Below, in pieces: positions 57,792 to 64,000 of a stretch of 64,000 nucleotides of DNA. Made by a program: the position numbers and the translations under genes. How positions within the stretch are numbered: the stretch's first letter is position 1; each line of letters opens with the position of its first letter. Origin of the DNA: a virus; the IMG/VR virus record IMGVR_UViG_3300025669_000021, positions 37,416-101,415 of that record, one strand, 5' to 3'. The notes beneath the pieces were generated by a model. That model saw nothing but the letters and a program-made list of their open reading frames with translations. It made no database searches and was not told where the DNA came from.

Positions 57792-58718
57792 ATGAAGATA
57801 TTTATTCACAGTTGCCATGCGGGGTTGGAATATGATCAGGCGAGAATGCTCACAGATATGGGCCATGAGGTGTCGGGGATCTTTGATATCGGGAGCGAGC
57901 AGAAGCCGAAGATCAAGGGCATCACAGATAAGAATGGGAAGGCGGGGAATGCAGACCTCTACCTGTTGCACCAGAGTGAGGACTTCCCTGAGAGATCAGC
58001 CGATTATGCGACCAAGTACGGAAAGCCAGTAATCACGATGGCATTCGGCCAGGGGGGGAATGATAGCCATGCAAAGATGGCGACAGTCCTCAAGGATATA
58101 CCCAACACATTTCTCTGTGCGTATTCTGAGACAGCCGTGAATATCTATAAAAAGCTCGGATGCTCGACCAATGACAAAGTTCACTTCATTCGGTTCGGGA
58201 AGAGATTGACCGAGTTCGGGCCATGGTCAGGAGTAGACCATAGTTGCCTTGTAGCGTGTAACAGCATCCATAAGAGAGGAGATGCTTGCGGGTGGCCTAT
58301 CGTCGCCATGTTGAGGCAGTCAGGGATCAATGTGAAGCTAGTGGGGCATGAGACAGAAGAGGTCGGTGGCCTCGGTCTGGTATCGGATAAAGAACTGAAA
58401 GATCTATTCCGTCAAGCATACGTGGCATTCGTGCCGGGGACCGTACCTGCGCAATATACACTGACGATGATGGAAGCAGCAGCCAGTGGCACACCGATCA
58501 TTGCCTGGGATAGTGGGTGCGGGCTAGGTGATGAGAATCTTGGCCTACATACTGTGAAGACATTGCAGGAAGCAGTAGCCGCAATCAAGTTAGCGATGGA
58601 TGATGATCTGAATCGTGCCGGGTTGCACGGCCTGTCGGTGAATGCAGCCAAGAAACACTTTGACGAGAAAAAGGTTGTAAAGAAGTGGGGTGCGATGTTA
58701 GATTCGCTTTGCACGTGA
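57792..58718 (+). CDS. GT-B glycosyltransferase (GT4-like)
   Basis: L..MGHEV N-term; TMMEAAASGTPII nucleotide-sugar motif; F....V...W C-term. Confidence 0.85.
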   Translation: MKIFIHSCHAGLEYDQARMLTDMGHEVSGIFDIGSEQKPKIKGITDKNGKAGNADLYLLHQSEDFPERSADYATKYGKPVITMAFGQGGNDSHAKMATVLKDIPNTFLCAYSETAVNIYKKLGCSTNDKVHFIRFGKRLTEFGPWSGVDHSCLVACNSIHKRGDACGWPIVAMLRQSGINVKLVGHETEEVGGLGLVSDKELKDLFRQAYVAFVPGTVPAQYTLTMMEAAASGTPIIAWDSGCGLGDENLGLHTVKTLQEAVAAIKLAMDDDLNRAGLHGLSVNAAKKHFDEKKVVKKWGAMLDSLCT

Positions 58719-58746
58719 CAGGATGGCAGGCACCTCGTTGTCACAA

Positions 58747-58774
58747 CCTCATTGGCCCTTCGGGGCCAGTGAGG
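58747..58774 (+). terminator. UUCG-capped hairpin between the GT genes
   Basis: CCTCATTGGCCC-TTCG-GGGCCAGTGAGG, short T tail. Confidence 0.5.
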
Positions 58775-58796
58775 ATTTAACGAAAACGAAAATACG

Positions 58797-59879
58797 ATGA
58801 AGATCTTTTGCGACTATCATCACGGCGGTCTCGCTCGCTCCATGTTTTATCTCTGGGGTAAGAGGCTGCACCACTCCATCAAATTCCCTTCTGTATCAAT
58901 GGCCGAAAAGGTCGATCCTGTCGGTTCTACATGGGGCCGAATGGATGATACCTATCCCAAGACCATGGGCGGAATTGATCCTACCGAGTGGGAGAGATTC
59001 GGAGGGACGGTATCCTATGAAGAATTCATGGATACCGCATGGGACATCATCCTGTTCACCCGTACCGAGTCACAGGAGTTGATCAGGAACCTCGATCACC
59101 CGAACACGGCCAACACTGTTTGGATGGGTCAATCTGGTAATGAGAATATGCAATATGAATGGGGGAAGGTGTCCCATCTGTTGTCGTCAGACATGGATAC
59201 CATGAGGAACAGCCCACCATGGACGCATAAACTCCTCGTAGGTCAAGAACTCGGATCTCACTACGGGAGGAATTTCCGTTTCCCGCTACAGAGAGAGTTG
59301 ATCACCATCAATTGCTTCATCAATAACATCAGAGGTCAGGAGTCGGCACATCGATGGTCTGCGAATGATTGGGGAACGGGTTGCCCGCATTGTGGGGAGA
59401 GGCATAGTCCTAGTGACCATGTGAATCTTTGGGACCTATGGCGACAAACTGGTGATGTGCTGAGGGACACGCATCGGTTTGCCGTCTATGGGCATAGCAA
59501 TGATGATCTATGTGGTGGAGTGAATCTCAGGGAATGCGATATGCCCGCCATTTATGACGAGGGAGCGTTAACCTGGCATGTGAAGGGGTTTGATGGGTGG
59601 GGCCATTCGATGTTGCAGAGCATAGCGTGTGGGCGTCCAGTAATCGTGGAAAAGAGGTTTTACAAGTACCGGACAGCCGGAAGGTATCTGATCCCAGGGA
59701 CAACGTGCATCGAGGTAGATTATGACTCTGCCTCTGCCGTGAATCAGATTAGGGAAGTCACCGCAGATTGGGCGGCGATGGAGGAGATGTGCGACAGATG
59801 CTATAAGGTCGCCAAGGTGCTATTTAATTGGGCAGAAGAGGCCGCAAGAGTGCAGAGATGGTTAGACCGCACAATATAG
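58797..59879 (+). CDS. GT-B glycosyltransferase-like protein with a CxxC insertion
   Basis: DGWGHSMLQSIACGRPVI; CPHCG. Confidence 0.7.
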   Translation: MKIFCDYHHGGLARSMFYLWGKRLHHSIKFPSVSMAEKVDPVGSTWGRMDDTYPKTMGGIDPTEWERFGGTVSYEEFMDTAWDIILFTRTESQELIRNLDHPNTANTVWMGQSGNENMQYEWGKVSHLLSSDMDTMRNSPPWTHKLLVGQELGSHYGRNFRFPLQRELITINCFINNIRGQESAHRWSANDWGTGCPHCGERHSPSDHVNLWDLWRQTGDVLRDTHRFAVYGHSNDDLCGGVNLRECDMPAIYDEGALTWHVKGFDGWGHSMLQSIACGRPVIVEKRFYKYRTAGRYLIPGTTCIEVDYDSASAVNQIREVTADWAAMEEMCDRCYKVAKVLFNWAEEAARVQRWLDRTI

Positions 59880-59888
59880 AGGAACATT

Positions 59889-60545
59889 ATGAGAAACACA
59901 GTCATCCCCACCGTAGAAGTCCCCTCCAATTTCAGACAATATCCGATCAGTCCATACACGGACAAAGCCGAGCTTGATATCACCACCACCCTCGCAATGG
60001 GGTTTGAGTGTCCAAGAGTGCTAGAGATCGGGACCAATCAAGGAATCACCACCACCAGGATTGCCGAAGTCGTCGGGCCGTTAGGTGGTCAGGTGTGGAC
60101 AGTCGATGTCGGAGAGCATCCGATGGAGATGCCCCACCAACAGGTCGGGGAGTGTTATCCAGAGGGAGGGAGTGGATCTGCTATCCCGGAAGGATTCATT
60201 GATGATGAATGGGTGTGCCACTTCACGTTCAATCCAAATACAGAAAACATCGGAAGTGTTCTACTAGCACTCGATCCTTCCCCCTTCCACATCATCTTCC
60301 TTGATGGAGATCATGGATATGTCGGGACACGATCTGCATGGGAGGCTACACAGGGCCATCTGGCGGCAGGAGGGGTGATGCTGTTTCACGATGTATGGTG
60401 GGATCGGATGGACTTCCCTCAAGGGCCATCTGAGGTATTGGAAGAGATCGCCCAGCAGTCTGAGGATTATGCCACCACTATCAATATGACTCACATGGGA
60501 ACGCTCGGCAGATATGTCGATAACATCAGAGGAGAAAAGACATGA
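59889..60545 (+). CDS. Class I SAM methyltransferase (Methyltransf_24-like)
   Basis: VLEIGT..G, IFLDGDH.Y, L..GG...FHD. Confidence 0.85.
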   Translation: MRNTVIPTVEVPSNFRQYPISPYTDKAELDITTTLAMGFECPRVLEIGTNQGITTTRIAEVVGPLGGQVWTVDVGEHPMEMPHQQVGECYPEGGSGSAIPEGFIDDEWVCHFTFNPNTENIGSVLLALDPSPFHIIFLDGDHGYVGTRSAWEATQGHLAAGGVMLFHDVWWDRMDFPQGPSEVLEEIAQQSEDYATTINMTHMGTLGRYVDNIRGEKT

Positions 60546-61069
60546 ATAGCATCAAGACACCGGAATGGATCAAGTCTGCACAACGTCTGATCGACAAATT
60601 GCGTGGAAAGGATAAGAATGATCAGAAGCCGAAGGAGGGGCCATACCCGTGGGAGGGTAAGGAGATCAGCAAGGTGGAGGGTGATCTATTGGTGATGGAT
60701 TGGGCGGTCACGGTCCCCCTTGCCCATATGAATCTGAATGGTGACAATCTGACCTATGAATTCAGGGGAGATAGCCCAGAGAGTCGAGTATGGCCATCCA
60801 CTCCGAATATCAGCAAAGAGCCCATTGCGTCGATTACATGGATCTCCGAATTGCAAGGCAAGTTTTATCAGGCAAGTGCTGAGTGGCATCCCGCGCATTG
60901 TCGGTTGCACACTCGTCATGTATTCACCAAAGGCTTCCAAGGTCTGTTGGAAGGGTGGGAGCCGAAGAGTGGGCATCGGTTTGATGTGGCGATAACGGGA
61001 TTGAACCGGGTCGGTCAGTCTGGATTGTCGGTGAAGGAACGAAGCGATTTCATGCCGGTCTATTGGTAA
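60542..61069 (+). CDS. Hypothetical protein
   Basis: Coupled 175-aa ORF. Confidence 0.55.
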   Translation: MNSIKTPEWIKSAQRLIDKLRGKDKNDQKPKEGPYPWEGKEISKVEGDLLVMDWAVTVPLAHMNLNGDNLTYEFRGDSPESRVWPSTPNISKEPIASITWISELQGKFYQASAEWHPAHCRLHTRHVFTKGFQGLLEGWEPKSGHRFDVAITGLNRVGQSGLSVKERSDFMPVYW

Positions 61070-61369
61070 TGGAGAGACATGGGCAATCCGTCGTTCAAGA
61101 TATCCATTGAACCTAGGCCAGATCATCTGGTGGAGGAGAAGCTGAGAGCCGACATCTCTCTATTGTTGAAGGATGCAGGATATACATTTGCTAGAGAGAT
61201 GATCGGCACCAAGGATGATGACCGGGTGACGGTGTTCCGACATGAATGAGAGAGGGACAAAGATGCTCTTGTGGTGTGTCGAGAGGGTGGTGACCTGTGT
61301 GATCATGGTGGTCATGTGGCCCCTGATCATCTCAGGGAAGCTGCATGATGATAATGAGAGGAACAGAAG

Positions 61370-61576
61370 ATGATGCCGACCCCGAGGATAACTGATCAGG
61401 ACACAATCCCCTTCGGAAAGTTCAAAGGGCGATATCTCAGGGATCTACCCGACTGGTATTTGGTGTGGCTGTATGGTCAGGAGTGGTGCAAGAAGGATTA
61501 TCCCGGCCTATTCGATTACATCGTGAGGAATGCAGATCTGCTACCGGATCTCGATTTGAGGCAGGAGGATAGATAG
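61370..61576 (+). CDS. DUF3820-like small protein (second copy)
   Basis: IPFGKFKG..L.DLP..YL.WL. Confidence 0.75.
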   Translation: MMPTPRITDQDTIPFGKFKGRYLRDLPDWYLVWLYGQEWCKKDYPGLFDYIVRNADLLPDLDLRQEDR

Positions 61577-61761
61577 ATGGGAATCAACGTACCACCACCA
61601 CCAGTAATGTTTCAGCCAGGGCTGAATGTCGGGGATATCCATAGCAAGATCTATGGAGGGATCGAGCGAGAACACCCATGGCCACGAGAACCGATGGAGG
61701 AAGAGACACTCCATAAGAGAGGGTGCCGATATTCATACCCACCGACAGGAAGGGGTAAGTG

Positions 61762-62004
61762 ATGAAGGTATGGGAACTAATCGAAAAGCTGAAAACGATG
61801 GATCAGAGATTGCCTGTGGTGGCTATGGCTGATGAGTTTTGCACCCTGCATGATATATCAGAGCCAAAGGTGGTGAAGATGGTGAAAGGCGATATGTTCA
61901 TGTCGAATGATGGAGAGGATTGGGTGCAGGATGATGGACACTTATATGGACCAAACAAACAGGTTCACGTGGCCGAAACCATGCAAGCAGTTCGGATATA
62001 TTAA
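61762..62004 (+). CDS. Hypothetical phage protein
   Basis: MKV.ELIEKL...D..LPV start typical of small phage proteins. Confidence 0.55.
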   Translation: MKVWELIEKLKTMDQRLPVVAMADEFCTLHDISEPKVVKMVKGDMFMSNDGEDWVQDDGHLYGPNKQVHVAETMQAVRIY

Positions 62005-62027
62005 ACGAAACCAGGGAGGGGTGAGTG

Positions 62028-62264
62028 ATGGATAGGCGATGGATGTTCAGAAGAGGATGTACCGCAAGCCACATCGACAAGAGATATGGGGCATACATTG
62101 GGCGGGAATTGTTTGGCGGTCATGGAGAGCACTACGGTTATCCTAGATATAGATTTGGCCTATACATCTGTTTTGGACATAACACTTGGTTTGCAGGGAT
62201 GAGTAACGAGAAACGCCGGGTAAGGGATCAAATAGAAGCGCAAAATATAGAGAGGGGTGAGTGA
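62028..62264 (+). CDS. Hypothetical phage protein
   Basis: RBS GGAGGGG, 78 aa. Confidence 0.45.
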   Translation: MDRRWMFRRGCTASHIDKRYGAYIGRELFGGHGEHYGYPRYRFGLYICFGHNTWFAGMSNEKRRVRDQIEAQNIERGE

Positions 62265-62522
62265 TGGGAGACATAACGAAAGTGTATGCATGTACGTTGA
62301 CAGTATCTGACCATGGTACACCGATCAAGCCACAAGCAGATGGGATGATGCGGATCGTTGGGGGGGAACTTCGTTTTCAGCAGCGAGGTATTTGAGGATT
62401 GCATATTGACGCCGACCCAACTGGCGGATCTTGAATTCACGCCGCTAGTGGCAGAAGACTTGGGAAGAAACAAAGAAGCGATGAAGCTGTTTCAATCAAA
62501 GGTCAATGGGGTGGAAGTATGA
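62264..62522 (+). pseudogene. Small ORF frameshifted at a G7 tract (62360-62366)
   Basis: With G6 the frame is open from ATG 62264 to TGA 62520-62522, overlapping the next ATG. Confidence 0.5.
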
Positions 62523-63814
62523 CCAGAATGGCATTCAGCGAGGAAGAGGAGAGATCCCGCATCACCTACGATCTGCCTAGTCGGATCATCATGGATGTGA
62601 GGAAGCACGGTAGTGTGGAGATCGTTACCCGTGGAAGGCATGAGAAATTCATTACTGACTTCTTCACCACGGAGAGGACAGGGGTTTTCCCTGGGACCAT
62701 TCCTGATGATGGGATGATGCCATTGATCCATCAAGCCTATGGGATAATCCAAGCCTGTGAGAGCAGCAATGAGATCTTGCGCCGGAAAGCCCTCATTGCG
62801 AGAAAGCGGTTTCTCGTACAGTCGAGGATAACGATCAGGGATATGGTGTGTGCTGATCTCCATGCAGAATATGGGGCGTCGAGCTATCCCTATCAGGACA
62901 CGGAGGATGCCCGACGCATGGGGCTAGGGGATTTGATCATCGAGATAGGGATAATGCAGAGGGTGGCGGTGAAGGTGGGTACTGACAACCTCTCAGTGGT
63001 CTATGACCCTGAATATCCGAATGCAGAGACATTATGGGAGTGTAGTGGTCTGAATCTATGGAAGATGACCAATCGAGAAGTGCTTGATCAGGAGATGAAA
63101 TCTCAGATCGCGGCCTTCATGGGGTGGGATGGCCAGGAGCAGCCCTCAGTGGTCCCCTACCGACAGCACATGCAGGAGTCTAGCCTAGGGGGAGCCGTAC
63201 GGTGGCCCTATGGGTGCAAGGTCGGATATCCGGGCGCACAGATGCTCTACGAATTGGGGTGGGAGGAAGATATCCCATGGAAGCCTGTCCAGATAGAACT
63301 GCAGACCTCATTGGATGCCAAGGCCTATGTCGATATGCGATTGGCGGGAAAAGAACTGACAGGCCAGGCGTTTATGACGATTCAGCCTGTTGAGAGGACA
63401 AGGAGAAACGAATTTAGTACACCTGACCTATGGAAGACGATGCTTGAGGCGGTGGATAGAGAGCCTGACTGCCCGCCTGTGTGGATTGTAGGTGCATCCG
63501 TGGATGAAGAGTCACGTGCGATGGAGATCGTTGATCCTGGGGCATTCTCGAACCGAACAGTGATATCGGTGTCGTGGCCTCTTGAGGAGTGGATAGAGTT
63601 GGTTCAGAGGAGTCACACGCACATGACTGCCAACAATGGGGGTCTATGGATAGGGGTGGCTAAGGAGTGCGGCTCATCTGATGGAGCGAGTGGTGAAGAA
63701 CAGGGGGGACGTTTGATTTGCGTCGATGGTGGAAGATTCTGCGGTGATGATCTGTCGATGTGGTCGCCCAAAGCAGAGTGGTTTGATACCGACAGGAACG
63801 TGCTAGTGGTGTGA
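62519..63814 (+). CDS. GT9-like (heptosyltransferase-fold) glycosyltransferase with an N-terminal extension
   Basis: GLGD.I, IQP......W, L.EWI.LV..S.....NNG....G.A resembling GT9 motifs. Confidence 0.6.
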   Translation: MTRMAFSEEEERSRITYDLPSRIIMDVRKHGSVEIVTRGRHEKFITDFFTTERTGVFPGTIPDDGMMPLIHQAYGIIQACESSNEILRRKALIARKRFLVQSRITIRDMVCADLHAEYGASSYPYQDTEDARRMGLGDLIIEIGIMQRVAVKVGTDNLSVVYDPEYPNAETLWECSGLNLWKMTNREVLDQEMKSQIAAFMGWDGQEQPSVVPYRQHMQESSLGGAVRWPYGCKVGYPGAQMLYELGWEEDIPWKPVQIELQTSLDAKAYVDMRLAGKELTGQAFMTIQPVERTRRNEFSTPDLWKTMLEAVDREPDCPPVWIVGASVDEESRAMEIVDPGAFSNRTVISVSWPLEEWIELVQRSHTHMTANNGGLWIGVAKECGSSDGASGEEQGGRLICVDGGRFCGDDLSMWSPKAEWFDTDRNVLVV

Positions 63815-64000
63815 GGAACTGATTACATAAAGAGGAAGTGAAAGGGAACTGATGATGAGTGTTGATAATCAAGGGGATATGACGGGTAAAGTTAGCCGGA
63901 AAAACCTTGAAAAAAACTCCCAAAAAAGCTGCGGCATTGACCGCCATGACACATCCATAGGTTCTTCCCGAAGGTGTAGGGTAGTCTTTCTGTATCGTGT

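Larger units (their letters stand above)
39501..64000 (+). mobile_element. Phage segment B: lambda-portal siphovirus-type head-tail module plus glycosyltransferase cluster; left boundary approximate
   Basis: gpW-portal-protease/capsid-DUF2190-neck-tail tube-chaperone-TMP order; codon usage distinct from segment A. Confidence 0.8.

Noticed and set aside
1-64000. Numerous minus-strand ORFs in the six-frame track (e.g. 3843..4517, 17689..18372, 54115..54840)
   Set aside because: All lie antisense to well-supported + strand genes and have no recognisable motifs; treated as shadow ORFs
1-64000. CRISPR array, tRNA genes, DGR/retron reverse transcriptase, introns/inteins
   Set aside because: No repeat-spacer array, tRNA cloverleaf, YxDD RT motif or adenine-variant TR/VR pair was seen by eye; a computational scan could still find weak cases

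Overview
The whole window is tailed-phage DNA with essentially every real gene on the + strand, and it contains TWO complete but unrelated virion modules. Segment A (1 to ~39.5 kb) is a podovirus-type temperate phage. It carries portal, scaffold, P22/N4-type capsid, adaptors, nozzle, ejection proteins and a 3564-aa DarB-like polyvalent protein, followed by a DNA methylase with a premature stop, a tyrosine integrase, and recombination and replication genes. Segment B (~39.5-64 kb) is a lambda-portal siphovirus-type module: gpW, portal, protease-capsid fusion, DUF2190, tail tube, a tail chaperone with a -1 frameshift, and tape measure. It has no terminase in front of it and is followed by a cluster of glycosyltransferases and a methyltransferase. 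The two segments differ in codon and k-mer usage (GTCGAC is common in A and was not seen in B). The most unusual shared feature is a set of ~10 virion-region proteins, including tail-fibre-like ones, that carry Sec-type signal peptides and are strongly enriched in the Thr-Asn dipeptide. This suggests exported, possibly glycosylated, virion components. A PVC-group host (Verrucomicrobiota/Kiritimatiellota-like) is an inference only. All product calls come from motif recognition by eye, without database searches.
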